64,000 nt of DNA from Candidatus Bathyarchaeota archaeon (GTDB lineage: Archaea; Thermoproteota; Bathyarchaeia; Bathyarchaeales; Bathycorpusculaceae), in NCBI GenBank assembly GCA_963833575.1, contig CAWHXY010000007.1:32001-96000 (forward strand), written 5' to 3'. Position 1 is the stretch's first letter; each line of letters opens with the position of its first letter. The notes below the pieces were generated by a model that worked only from the letters and a program-made list of their open reading frames with translations, had not been told where the DNA came from and made no database searches. Positions 10,056 through 19,901 of the stretch are shown here, piece by piece. A program made the translations under genes and the position numbers.

Positions 10056-11327
10056 TTATTGTTTTTTGGTTAGTTCTTCGAGGATTTCCTTGGCTCTGTC
10101 CACACGGACTTTGCGTTCCTTAACCATCTGTTCAGCCACCTTATCAACTAAGTCATCTTTTGCGCCTGCAGTTACCGCGATGTTTCTTGCGTGAAGAGAC
10201 ATGTGACCGCGTTGAATTCCTTCGCTTGATAGGGCTCGCAGTGCGCCTAGGTTTTGGGCTAAGCCGACAGCAGCTAAGACTTCTCCGAATTCGTTGGCTG
10301 ATTTGACGTTTAAGATTTTCATGCCTATTCTAGCTATTGGGTGAGTTTTTACTGCTCCGCCGATCAAGCCAACGGCCATCGGTAATTCAATTACGCCGTC
10401 TAAGTCGCCGTTCTTGTTTTTTGTCCATTTAGAAATTGAAGTGTATGACCCGTTTAAGGCGGCGTAGGCGTGAGCTCCGGCTTCAACGGCGCGGTGGTCG
10501 TTTCCTGTGGCTAAAACCACTGCGATAATTCCGTTTAAGGCGCCCTTGTTGTGCGTTGCTGCCCGGTAAGGATCGGCCGCTGCAAAAGCTGATGCGTAAG
10601 CGATGCCCTCTACGACTGCTTCGCCTCCAAGTGCTTCTTTGGGGATAGTGCACCATGCTTTGGCTAAACGTTTTGTAGCTAAATTAGTGATGATGCGCAG
10701 GTAAACGTGGCCGCCAGTAAGTTGTTCAATCATTGGAGCTACGGCTTCAGCCATCGTGTTAACAGCGTTTGCTCCCATGGCGTCTCTGCAATCAACATAT
10801 AACTCCACAATCACCATTTGTCCCATCGTGGTCTCGATGATTTTAGCGTCCATGTCTTTAGCTCCGCCGCCGAAAGAATTTAGAACTGGGTCTTGGTCGT
10901 TTGCTTTTTTGAGAATTTCCGCCTTAGCATCCAAGATTTGTTTTTTAGCTAGTTTCGCGTCTTTAAGTTTTACAAGTTGGATCTGCCCAATCATAACTGG
11001 CGTTGTACTGATAGTGTGAAAGCCCCCGCCATCGCGAATCATTTTAGCTGCGTAACTCGCAGCGGCAATAACGCTAGGCTCTTCGGTTGCCATCGGGATT
11101 AAGTAGTCTTTTCCGTTTATTTGGAAGTTTACTCCGATGCCTAAAGGTTCAGGGAAAACACCAATAACGTTTTCAACCATGTGATCAGCTACGTCCATCG
11201 GCAAAGAGCCAGTGTTTTCAAGTAACCGCATTTCCTCTTCAGTTAAACCAGCAAAATCCTTAACGATTGCTAAACGCTCTTTGGGTGGAAGCTTATAGAA
11301 GCCTGAAATTACAGATGATTTCGTCAT
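10056..11327 (-). CDS. mvaA: Hydroxymethylglutaryl-CoA reductase, class II (degradative/bacterial type)
   Basis: ENVIG, PMATEEPSVIAAAS, DAMGANAVN, RAATHNKG, EGIQRGHMSLH. Confidence 0.95.
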   Translation of the reverse strand: MTKSSVISGFYKLPPKERLAIVKDFAGLTEEEMRLLENTGSLPMDVADHMVENVIGVFPEPLGIGVNFQINGKDYLIPMATEEPSVIAAASYAAKMIRDGGGFHTISTTPVMIGQIQLVKLKDAKLAKKQILDAKAEILKKANDQDPVLNSFGGGAKDMDAKIIETTMGQMVIVELYVDCRDAMGANAVNTMAEAVAPMIEQLTGGHVYLRIITNLATKRLAKAWCTIPKEALGGEAVVEGIAYASAFAAADPYRAATHNKGALNGIIAVVLATGNDHRAVEAGAHAYAALNGSYTSISKWTKNKNGDLDGVIELPMAVGLIGGAVKTHPIARIGMKILNVKSANEFGEVLAAVGLAQNLGALRALSSEGIQRGHMSLHARNIAVTAGAKDDLVDKVAEQMVKERKVRVDRAKEILEELTKKQ

Positions 11328-11411
11328 TTTTAATTCCTTTACTTGTGAATTGAGTGTAGTTTAGTTGTTTGCTTTTAAGCTTTAAGCAACTTTTAGCTAA
11401 AACTTAGGGAT

Positions 11412-12434
11412 TTACAATGTTGTTTGACCGTGATTTCTTGGCATTGCGATTGCAGAAACGCCTAAGCGCTTTCGAATTTCCTTAGCTAAAACTGCTCCGT
11501 TGTTGCCTCGATAGTTATCTGTAATAACCTGTTTTGCGCGCGAGCGTTTAACATACTCTATTATACCATCAAAATCAGAGTGGTCGCTTAAGGCAACCAG
11601 ATATTCCCTGTCACCGATTTGTCTGCATGGTGTATTGAATTCCCAACCGCTAACGCAAATCCGGGAGTTACTTAACCCCACGTGTTGGCGTTGGTTCATG
11701 TGGTAAAATGCAACGCAGGGAAGATTTCCTTCGAGAAGCTCACGTCCGTTCTCATCAGCGGAATGAGACAAGCAGCCAAGGTTCATGCCGTGCTGTTCAC
11801 ATACTTTGGTAACTTCGTAAACACGTTCAGGCATGACAAACGGAACTTCAACGTCTGCCTCTCTTAGAAGCTTCATTATTTCCTGCAGTTTGCCGTGGTA
11901 ACCAAAAACGTAAACCGCCCCGCCCCTCAAACGTTTTTCAACCATAGAAACTAGCAGTTCTCGCACATCAACGTCAAATCTTCGTCTGCACGAAGGACTG
12001 CCATACGTTGCATCAACCACCAAAACATCACAGTTTACCACAGGCGAGCCATCAGTTCTAAAATCGCCAGAGTAAGCTATCCGTATTCCCCCAGCATCCT
12101 CAACTAATACTTGTGCGGCGCCTAAAATATGATCGGCTTTGACAAGCGTTATTTTTTCTTCACCAAATTTTATTGGTTTGTCATACTCCATTGTCTCAAC
12201 CGATCGGCCACGAAGTTTGAGGGAATCGTCAAGAGTCTCTGCAAGGTCTCTTGTGGCTTTAGTCATCAAAACCTTCTCGCAGAGTTTCAAGCTTTTTCGT
12301 AATCCGCCAAGATGGTCTGCGTGTGCGTGTGTTACAATTCTCAAGGGCATATCGGCATTAAAGGCGTCACAGGCAACGCTGTCACCTAGCAAAACTGCGC
12401 CGTTTTTGCTGACTTTAGCCCTTAAAGACATCAT
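11412..12434 (-). CDS. MBL-fold (beta-CASP-like) exonuclease
   Basis: THAHADH, ADHILGA, YSGDF, LSDHSDF. Confidence 0.85.
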   Translation of the reverse strand: MMSLRAKVSKNGAVLLGDSVACDAFNADMPLRIVTHAHADHLGGLRKSLKLCEKVLMTKATRDLAETLDDSLKLRGRSVETMEYDKPIKFGEEKITLVKADHILGAAQVLVEDAGGIRIAYSGDFRTDGSPVVNCDVLVVDATYGSPSCRRRFDVDVRELLVSMVEKRLRGGAVYVFGYHGKLQEIMKLLREADVEVPFVMPERVYEVTKVCEQHGMNLGCLSHSADENGRELLEGNLPCVAFYHMNQRQHVGLSNSRICVSGWEFNTPCRQIGDREYLVALSDHSDFDGIIEYVKRSRAKQVITDNYRGNNGAVLAKEIRKRLGVSAIAMPRNHGQTTL

Positions 12435-12445
12435 AAGCCCTCTTG

Positions 12446-12847
12446 CTACGAAGATTTTTCAGCGAGCCACTCGATGAGTGGCTGCAGATCGTCCGTTTCA
12501 ATAGTTATTTTCAAGGGGCCTAGCGGTGATTCTGATGTTTCTTCACAAAATGAGACATGTCCTGCAAAAGCTACCTGCTTGTTTAAGCAAAAACTAATAG
12601 TGTTACCTCTTACGCAGCGAAAAAGCGCTTTTCTGGATGCATCACGAACTCTGTCATTACGCATAAGGATGCGTAGTTTACTGAGAGATTCTTGACCTTT
12701 TGCTTCAGCTTTTAGGATGTTTGTTTTGCCTTCAGACTCAATTGTTATTGAAGCATTGGCTAAAATGTTAGTTACAGCTGTTTTCACTTTTTCTTCGCTC
12801 TCTGTCTGGTTAATTTCTGTTTGAACAAGAACGATTACTTCAGCCAT
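12446..12847 (-). CDS. UPF0201 putative RNA-binding protein
   Basis: TESEEKVKTAV...LNKQVAFAGHVSF...SPLGPLKITI; adjacent to UPF0200 as commonly seen in archaea. Confidence 0.85.
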   Translation of the reverse strand: MAEVIVLVQTEINQTESEEKVKTAVTNILANASITIESEGKTNILKAEAKGQESLSKLRILMRNDRVRDASRKALFRCVRGNTISFCLNKQVAFAGHVSFCEETSESPLGPLKITIETDDLQPLIEWLAEKSS

Positions 12848-13401
12848 TTTTCCTCGATTCTCCGCAAAGCCTCTGCAACTTTAGCTTTCGTATCTTCAAC
12901 ACTACTATCATTGATTATCATTTGCTCAGCCATCGCAATCACATTTCCTAAACCAACGCTGAGCTCACGGATATCCCGTTCATGGAAAACTTCCCATGCG
13001 TTTGGGTCGTCGCTTCGATGACGGCTAGTTAGCCGTGTGAACCTTGCCTCTGGAGAAGCATGCACAGCAACTATGCTGAATTTGGCAAAATGTGCCTTAA
13101 GAGCATCCACCTCATGGAGGCTTCTTAATCCGTCAATAAGGATTTTGCTGCTTTTTTGCTCTTCTATTTTTGGAATACATTTCTGTGCAACTACTGTAAC
13201 TCCTCCATCGGCTCGCAGTTGAAGCATAACTTTGCCAACGTTCTGCGGGGTTAACTCTAATCCAAGTTTCTTGGTTTCCTCCCTAATTACATCGCCCATA
13301 ATTACAATGGCGTAGCCCAATTCTGTGGCGGTTTCAACGACCAAGGATTTGCCTGAGCCAGGCATTCCTGCTAAACCAACAACTATCTTATCGTCGCTCA
13401 T
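12835..13401 (-). CDS. UPF0200 P-loop kinase (dephospho-CoA kinase-like)
   Basis: GMPGSGKS, MGDVIREE, IDGLRS, RSDDP...RDIREL. Confidence 0.85.
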   Translation of the reverse strand: MSDDKIVVGLAGMPGSGKSLVVETATELGYAIVIMGDVIREETKKLGLELTPQNVGKVMLQLRADGGVTVVAQKCIPKIEEQKSSKILIDGLRSLHEVDALKAHFAKFSIVAVHASPEARFTRLTSRHRSDDPNAWEVFHERDIRELSVGLGNVIAMAEQMIINDSSVEDTKAKVAEALRRIEEKWLK

Positions 13402-13464
13402 AACTAACCCCTTTTTGGTTCATATTAGCAAAGGTTTGTATTAAAAAGCATTTATGAAAGTTAA

Positions 13465-14070
13465 GTGTTAAAAATACCTAAGGTGCAGTTGATGTCTGAA
13501 CAAATAAGAAGTTTCATAGCTTTTGACATCGAAAATGAACAGGTACTAAACAGATTGTCAGCAGCACAAAAGCTTATTCTTGAAACAGGCGCCGACCTGC
13601 GGCCTGTAGCCCCCCAAAATATCCATGTAACAATCCGTTTTCTTGGTTCAATCAGCCCCAACATGCTGGAGAAAGTTTACGAAGCCATGAAAAACGTTAA
13701 ATTCACCCCTTTCACGATCAAAATTTGCGGTCTAGGCGTTTTCCCTAGCATAAATTATCCCCGCGTCGTATGGGCAGGAATGACTGATGGAGTGGAACAG
13801 CTCAAAAATATCTTTACCCAGCTGGAACCTCAGATTCTCGGTTTAGGGTTTGAGAAAGATGCTTTCGGGTTTAGCCCTCACTTAACTATCGCAAGAGTAA
13901 GATCCGCCAAAAACAAACAGAACTTAGCTGAGCTATTAACAAAAAGAGGTGATTTTGAGGTTGGTACAATCAAAGCTAACTGCCTTAGACTCAAAAGAAG
14001 CCAGCTATCTCCCAAAGGTCCAACTTATACAACAATCAAAGAAGTGTGTCCAGAAGCTTCAACAAAATGA
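13465..14070 (+). CDS. thpR: RNA 2',3'-cyclic phosphodiesterase (2H family)
   Basis: RSFIAFDI, HVTIRFLG and PHLTIARV 2H motifs; upstream of cca. Start may be ATG 13492. Confidence 0.92.
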   Translation: MLKIPKVQLMSEQIRSFIAFDIENEQVLNRLSAAQKLILETGADLRPVAPQNIHVTIRFLGSISPNMLEKVYEAMKNVKFTPFTIKICGLGVFPSINYPRVVWAGMTDGVEQLKNIFTQLEPQILGLGFEKDAFGFSPHLTIARVRSAKNKQNLAELLTKRGDFEVGTIKANCLRLKRSQLSPKGPTYTTIKEVCPEASTK

Positions 14071-15488
14071 TAGCAATGCAGGAAATAAATAATTTAACCA
14101 AGAATGTACTTGAAAAAATTACTCCGACTGTAGAGGATCGGGCAAAAGTTGAAGCCATAACCCGCGAGTTAGAGCTTAAAGTATTGTTGGCTTGTAGACA
14201 GGATAGCGTCGATGCAGTGGTGAGAGTAGAGGGCTCGGTTGCCAAGGACACTTGGCTTAAGGAAAACCCCGATATCGACATTTTTATGCGTTTGCCAACC
14301 TCGATTCCCAGAAAACACTTTGGCACTGTAGCTTTGCGAATTGCTAAAAACGCTGCTGGATCTTACCAGCAAATTGAACGTTTCGCTGAGCATCCCTACC
14401 TTCAATTAATTGTTGAAGATTACCGCGTTGATATCGTGCCCTGTTACGATACTAAACCTGGGGAATGGAAAAGTGCTACAGATCGCACCCCCTACCACAC
14501 AGACTACATAAAAAAGCATCTTGACAAGGACTTGCTAGGTGAGGTTCGGCTTTTGAAAAAGTTCATGAAGGGAACGGGAGTTTATGGGGCTGAAATAAAA
14601 ATTGGCGGCTTCAGCGGATATCTCTGCGAACTACTGATAATGAAGTACCGATCTTTCGCACAGACAATTGAAGCGTTTGCAAATTACAGTAAACGGGTGA
14701 TTGTAGACATAGAGAACCACTATGCAAACAGGGAAAGGGATCTTTCGTTGCTTTTTCCTGAGCCGATGGTGATCATTGATCCTGTTGACAAAGGAAGAAA
14801 TGTTGCTTCACCGGTGCGACCTCAGAAGCTTTATGATTTCGTTGGTGCCGCCAGAGCATTTCTAAAAAAACCAAGTATATCATTCTTTTATCCACCCAAA
14901 GCAAACGCGTTATCCATTGTTGAGTTACAAAGTGAATTGGTTAATCGCGGCTCAGCTCTAGTCTTTCTAGTTATAGACCACGCTTCAATCGTTCCGGACG
15001 TTTTGTGGGGGCAACTATACAGAACAAAACGAGCGCTTCACAAAATGATAGAGTTAAACGATTACAAAATCCTCAAAGACCGAGTTTGGAGTAACGAAAA
15101 AACATTAAGCGTCTTTGTTTTTGAGCTTGAACAACAATTCTTACCTAATGTCAAAAAACACTTTGGACCACCACTTGAACGAGAAACAGAATGCGAAAAT
15201 TTCCTCATAAAATATACGAACAATAATACTGCAATTTCCGGACCATACATTGAGGATGGACGCTGGATCGTTGAGATACCACGTAAAACAACCGACGTAG
15301 TTGTGCTATTGAAGGAGAAGCTTGCGGATGGAGGCAAAAACGCAGGCGTCGCAGAACTTATCGCTGAATCAATCAGCAAGAAAGTCAATATTGCAGTTAA
15401 CAATGAAATAGATGAAGTTTATGAGAAAAACGGTGATTTCGCGGTGTTTTTAACTGATTTTGTTTATGGGAAACCATTTTGGATTTGA
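14067..15488 (+). CDS. cca: CCA-adding enzyme (archaeal class I)
   Basis: GSVAKDTWL, DIDIF, AEHPY, SATDRTPYH, GFSGYLCELL; ATGA overlap with the thpR stop. Confidence 0.95.
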   Translation: MIAMQEINNLTKNVLEKITPTVEDRAKVEAITRELELKVLLACRQDSVDAVVRVEGSVAKDTWLKENPDIDIFMRLPTSIPRKHFGTVALRIAKNAAGSYQQIERFAEHPYLQLIVEDYRVDIVPCYDTKPGEWKSATDRTPYHTDYIKKHLDKDLLGEVRLLKKFMKGTGVYGAEIKIGGFSGYLCELLIMKYRSFAQTIEAFANYSKRVIVDIENHYANRERDLSLLFPEPMVIIDPVDKGRNVASPVRPQKLYDFVGAARAFLKKPSISFFYPPKANALSIVELQSELVNRGSALVFLVIDHASIVPDVLWGQLYRTKRALHKMIELNDYKILKDRVWSNEKTLSVFVFELEQQFLPNVKKHFGPPLERETECENFLIKYTNNNTAISGPYIEDGRWIVEIPRKTTDVVVLLKEKLADGGKNAGVAELIAESISKKVNIAVNNEIDEVYEKNGDFAVFLTDFVYGKPFWI

Positions 15489-15590
15489 GACAATATTAAC
15501 TTTAGAAGAAGAAGGACACTACTTTTTGCATTTTTTGATAAGTCTGTTCTGGGGTGCTTCTTTGGTTTAGGCTTTAATTCATTTCCAGCT

Positions 15591-15670
15591 TGAGTCTGTA
15601 ATAGTCACTATCAGTCATAAATAGTCATTAAAAGTCTTAAATAGTCTTAAATAGTCAATAGGAGCCATTA
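15591..15670 (+). repeat. Helically phased 10-bp tandem repeat (AGTC core) upstream of MraZ/AbrB-like gene
   Basis: AGTC at 15593, 15603, 15613, 15623, 15633, 15643, 15653 and AGCC at 15663, followed by an AT-rich TATA-like TTATTAATA. Confidence 0.9.
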
Positions 15671-15720
15671 TTAATAATCACATTAGTAAATGAAGTCTAC
15701 GAGTTAAACGAGGTAAAATT

Positions 15721-15996
15721 TTGCCCCTCACAGAACCGATTGACATTCAAACAATACTTGAAAAAGGCAACAGAGTGCAAATCCCAAAAATAATCCAGTA
15801 TAAAATTGAATCCGATCAAGTGTTAAATGTTGGTTTGCTCCCTCTTAATTCACATGGAAGGTGGCATTATTTTTATGCAAAAATGGACAAGCAAGGCAGA
15901 ATATTTGTCCCCAAGCTGACATTGGAACATTTGGTAAAGGAAAATAATCAAAATCTTGTAGGATACGTTTTCCAGGTAAGGCTGTTACCCGCTTAG
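15721..15996 (+). CDS. Small tandem AbrB/SpoVT (MraZ-like) DNA-binding protein
   Basis: Two half-repeats ILEKGNRVQIPK and KMDKQGRIFVPK (DxxGR); RBS GAGGT; paralog at 61643-61924. Confidence 0.7.
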   Translation: MPLTEPIDIQTILEKGNRVQIPKIIQYKIESDQVLNVGLLPLNSHGRWHYFYAKMDKQGRIFVPKLTLEHLVKENNQNLVGYVFQVRLLPA

Positions 15997-16398
15997 ACCT
16001 TCGGCCAAAGTTTTTTTGTCATATCCTGCCTAAATTGGCTTGTGCGCTCTTATTTTTTTCTAAAGGTGCAATGAGGTTCTTTTTGCATCATGTAACTGCG
16101 CTTCTCAAACAGACGCTGGTACATTAAACCCGTGCAAACTTACCCCGTCTTAAGTTCCAATTATATGCACACAGGGAGATTTTAAGCGTCGTTATTTGTG
16201 ACTATAAAAATAAAATAGAGAATAGGACACTGATATGGCTTTTTTTAGTCTCAAAAAAGTTTTCAGTTCTTATTGGATTAACATTTATTTTTAAAATGTT
16301 TAAGTGGAATTTTGCGAGGTTAACAATAATCGTTGCATCAGGAAAATAAGTAAGAAAAAGTTTGGTGTACTTTAGATTTCTTTATTGAGGTTAACCGA

Positions 16399-16704
16399 AT
16401 GAAGCCAAGTTTATTTTTATTCAAAAGAGATGTTGGAAGGACAATTGAAAATCCGAAAACTGTAGTTCATTTTGTAATTGTGGATTCAGAGACACCTGAA
16501 GATTATCCTTTGAATTTTGTTTGTGTGCTCCCAAATGTTCAGGGTTTAGTTAATGGTCATACCACTTTTAGTAGACTCTTTGGTAAAGATAGTGTGCCGA
16601 TAGCCAAAAAACTGTTAGCTAAGGCATTGAAAAAAGAGAGTGATTTAGAAATTAAATTGCAAGTTGGGCAACGTTTGAAAATGATTGTTCAAAGCCGTAT
16701 CTGA
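16399..16704 (+). CDS. Hypothetical protein
   Basis: 101-aa ORF with RBS GAGG; no recognised family. Confidence 0.6.
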   Translation: MKPSLFLFKRDVGRTIENPKTVVHFVIVDSETPEDYPLNFVCVLPNVQGLVNGHTTFSRLFGKDSVPIAKKLLAKALKKESDLEIKLQVGQRLKMIVQSRI

Positions 16705-16934
16705 ATGTTTTTAATTCGCTATTGAAAATTCAACTTCTCATTCTCTGGGCTTAGTTCTCAATTATTTCGGCCCATAGAACGGGCGTAATGCTTACGCGTT
16801 ATATCTAAAAGAAAAATGTCATCTAAACCTTCTGATTCTTTAATGATTTTTTTTGAAGAGTGGCACATATAATGAAAAAGGTGAACAATCATCCATGGAA
16901 TTTACTCCTGCAATACCCAATTAAGTTTTGGAGA

Positions 16935-17360
16935 CTAGATGTCCCAAAGAGACAGCCCAGTTACGGTATCATTTTTTCGTACAAGTTTTCCTCCCAATAG
17001 TTCAGTTAGGTAAACTTCGGCAGCGAAAACTTTTCCCTCAAGCAGATGTCCAGCTTTCGTGTTGCCATTATGATCAGCTAAAACTATGTGGGCATGAACA
17101 AAGGGCTGGCTGTCTTTAATGGAAATGTTGCCCATGCAACTTGCAATCTCTTGCGGCGCCAAAAGTAAAGTCTCCAAGTATTCATGTTTTTCTTGATCAT
17201 AAAATCCAAGCTTCGCGCATTTCAAAGCGCCAATTACTGTGAAGCTTGCGGTCATAATTGCATTCTCTTTTGCGAATTCAGTTAAGGCCTTCATTATTTC
17301 TGAATCATGTATAGCCCGAACAAGAAAAACCCGCCCAACCTCTAATTTACTAAAACTCAT
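16935..17360 (-). CDS. PPC/DUF296 domain protein
   Basis: IGAL...EIASCMGNIS...HAHIVLAD...AGHLLEG. Confidence 0.9.
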   Translation of the reverse strand: MSFSKLEVGRVFLVRAIHDSEIMKALTEFAKENAIMTASFTVIGALKCAKLGFYDQEKHEYLETLLLAPQEIASCMGNISIKDSQPFVHAHIVLADHNGNTKAGHLLEGKVFAAEVYLTELLGGKLVRKNDTVTGLSLWDI

Positions 17361-17460
17361 TTTTATTTCTCCTTAATTCAAGATATGTTTGCTTAATTAT
17401 TTATTTTGAAATCGGTAAGTTATTTGTGCATACTACTTCGTGCTTCTCCAAGCTCTCTTG

Positions 17461-17652
17461 AACTCGTCCATTAGTAGTCTCAAAGACGGACAGGATCTTG
17501 TTTTAGGTGTACAATCATGGATACTTCGATGTTCCTCGTAGAATTACCACTGAGAAAACTTGCTGGGACGCTTAATCTGGTGAAGTCAATGTATCTGTAC
17601 ATGTATGGATGGCCGAACGAAGCTTGCTGTAGAGATGCTGAGCGAATTCTAA
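17461..17652 (+). pseudogene. Decayed bacterio-opsin-activator-type (HTH_10) regulator fragment
   Basis: Across frameshifts it reads YNHGYFDVPRRITTE / KLAGTLNLVKS / VSVHVWMAERSLL, matching the GYFDxPR...LA..L...S.V..H...AE..LL pattern. Confidence 0.65.
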
Positions 17653-17660
17653 TTCTATGA

Positions 17661-18761
17661 TTATTGTGTTACTGAGTGGTACCAGCTGATTATGTATTCT
17701 GGTAGGTTTAGTCCTCTTTGGCCTAGTCGTTCAGCTAATTTTACTGGAACTGGACTCAGTACGTATGCTGCTCTGGTGTAGAAGCGTCTTGGCGTAAGCG
17801 GTTTTGCTTCTTCTGGAAGGATAATTTTTAAGTCAGCTTTTTTGGCCAAAGTAGATTCAGCTGAAGTTGTCATTGCAAATACTGTTCCTGCAAATTTTTT
17901 GATCACGTCTGCCCATATGATGACGGGTCTTGTTTCGCCAGAGTATGATAGGAGGATTTCAAGGTCTCCTGCTCTTGGATGTGGAGTGTTGACTCCTCTT
18001 GTTATGTAGACGTTATCGCCTAGGAAGCTTTTGATGTGGAAGAGTCTGACGCCTGTCATTTTGGCGATTTCGTTTGCTGTGCCTTTTCCGCCTAAGAAAA
18101 CGTTGGTTCGTTTTTCAAGTACATCTACGAGTTGCGTGTAAGTGTCTGAAGTAACGTTTGAATCTATCATTTCGCCAATTTTTTCAAATTCTTCAACGCA
18201 AAGTCGAAAAACATCGTCAACCTCAAGATTTCGGAAAATAGCTTCAATCATGCTATTCAAAAGTTCAAGAGTGCCTAACTCAAAAATGTCGCCCATCATT
18301 CCTGTTTCACTATATTCAGTGCCCGGCTTCGATTTTCCCCGTCCTTTAAGTTCAACTACGTTGCCATATTTGCTTACTATTTCCCCTAAAGGCGAATTAA
18401 TTGCAGAAGTGAAAAGACCCATCGAAAACTTGGTTGATTTCTTTTCTTCAATATACTTAGCTAAATCTTGAGCCATAACTAATGGGTCATCTGAGTAGCC
18501 GCTGCCAGAATTTATTAAAAGCAAGGTTTTCTTGTAGCGTCTTGAAAGATCCGCTGCTGCATCATACATGCTTTTTCCGGGGAAACCTGGGTCGTCAGGA
18601 GTTAAAACCACTTTGTTTCTCCAGCCAACTTGGCTCAACGCAATTTGGCTCAAAGCAGCGTTTAGCGAGTAAAGTGATCTGCCTGACCCACCGCATATCA
18701 CGCAATCAGCAGCTTTTAGTTCGTTATATAATGGTGAAAGTTCTTTATGTTTAATACTCAA
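17661..18761 (-). CDS. Double SIS-domain protein (hexulose-6-phosphate isomerase-like)
   Basis: GGSGRS...INSGSG...MMGDIFEL in domain 1; GGKG...LSYSGET...STLAKKAD in domain 2. Confidence 0.75.
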   Translation of the reverse strand: MSIKHKELSPLYNELKAADCVICGGSGRSLYSLNAALSQIALSQVGWRNKVVLTPDDPGFPGKSMYDAAADLSRRYKKTLLLINSGSGYSDDPLVMAQDLAKYIEEKKSTKFSMGLFTSAINSPLGEIVSKYGNVVELKGRGKSKPGTEYSETGMMGDIFELGTLELLNSMIEAIFRNLEVDDVFRLCVEEFEKIGEMIDSNVTSDTYTQLVDVLEKRTNVFLGGKGTANEIAKMTGVRLFHIKSFLGDNVYITRGVNTPHPRAGDLEILLSYSGETRPVIIWADVIKKFAGTVFAMTTSAESTLAKKADLKIILPEEAKPLTPRRFYTRAAYVLSPVPVKLAERLGQRGLNLPEYIISWYHSVTQ

Positions 18762-18962
18762 AATGTTTTCTTGGATTTTATTAACATATCCGATGCTGCT
18801 GATTTTGCTTTTGATGGCAACCGCACCTTCAAGTCAAACATGATTTACTTATTCTCTATATTATCCTTGTGCTTGCTAGATTGTAAATAAATCAATTATC
18901 ACATTAATCGCTCAGCAGATTGTTGTCTTACGAAGATAATTCTTACAGTAATTCGAAAATGT

Positions 18963-19808
18963 CTACCTGCTTCTTTTGAACACTTGTTTAACGTCTTCAA
19001 GCTTTGATCCGAGGATCTCTATGTCATCGATGTTTCCTAGTCCTTTCTCGCCTGCTCTTCTGATGTGGCTAATTTCTTTTGGGTCAAATCCCATGATTCT
19101 AGCTCCAGTAGCGTCTGTTGCAACCACGTCTTTCCCCGCAATTATCAAATCCATTTTGACAGGCGTTCCATCGGTTGGGCCTCGACCTTCCATCGCCACG
19201 AAACCATCTATAACCGTCAAAGCAGGTTTAATTACAGAATTAATGTCCACTACAACGCTGCTAATTCCTCTGGCATGATATTTTGCTTTGAATTTGTCTG
19301 GCAAAAGACCAAACATGTTTTTCATGCCTAAAGTGACTTTTGTTGCCATATGAGTTTTAAGTTTTGCAGCGCTAATTACGGCTGATTCAGTTACGATTTT
19401 TGGGACGGTTATGCTTCCTAAGGTTTCGCATCCTGGGATGGGAATTTTGATTTTTTCTTTTTGATACCTTAAGTTTAGGAATTCGACGCCGTTTTGTTGG
19501 CACATTTCTTTCATGCCTGTGGCTTCATAGGCTTTGTCGGCGTTGGTCATAGTTGCGTCTGATTCCACAACATAGACTTCCACTCCGAGGGGTTTGAGTT
19601 TTTGTATTATTGCCTCAACTACTATCGGGTCGGTTGTTGCTCCTGATTCCCACGTTTTAGTAGATATGAAATTGACTTTTATGAGCGCCTTCTTATAACC
19701 AGAAAAACAAGATTCGTAATTTATCAAGTCAAGAGCCTTAAAAACGGGTTCATGCCCTCTTTCACCCTTCACAATTGCTACCGTCGATTTCTCCATCTGT
19801 AACACCAC
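18963..19808 (-). CDS. DUF362 domain protein
   Basis: LIKVN...TTDP...KLKTH..TKVTLGMKNMFG...MEGRGP...VATDA. Confidence 0.88.
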   Translation of the reverse strand: MVLQMEKSTVAIVKGERGHEPVFKALDLINYESCFSGYKKALIKVNFISTKTWESGATTDPIVVEAIIQKLKPLGVEVYVVESDATMTNADKAYEATGMKEMCQQNGVEFLNLRYQKEKIKIPIPGCETLGSITVPKIVTESAVISAAKLKTHMATKVTLGMKNMFGLLPDKFKAKYHARGISSVVVDINSVIKPALTVIDGFVAMEGRGPTDGTPVKMDLIIAGKDVVATDATGARIMGFDPKEISHIRRAGEKGLGNIDDIEILGSKLEDVKQVFKRSR

Positions 19809-19901
19809 ATTTTATCTGGGGCAATATCTCTCTTTAAGCTTTTCATACAAAAAAATAGGTAAATTCTTGTTCACTGATTTTTTATTATTAAAAATAACCG
19901 A

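Noticed and set aside
15632-15642. AAGTCTTAAAT shared between the 10-bp array and the cassette repeats
   Set aside because: An AT-rich 11-mer containing a TATA-like word; it may be chance and gives too little support to link the two systems.
15591-15670. CRISPR or replication-origin ORB boxes for the 10-bp arrays
   Set aside because: The unit is only 10 bp with no spacers, there is no G-string ORB motif and no adjacent cdc6/orc1.
16782-16809. Xer/dif site (TTATATCTAAA half-site; also TTGGATATAA near 25979)
   Set aside because: Each has only one arm, with no matching partner at 6-bp spacing.
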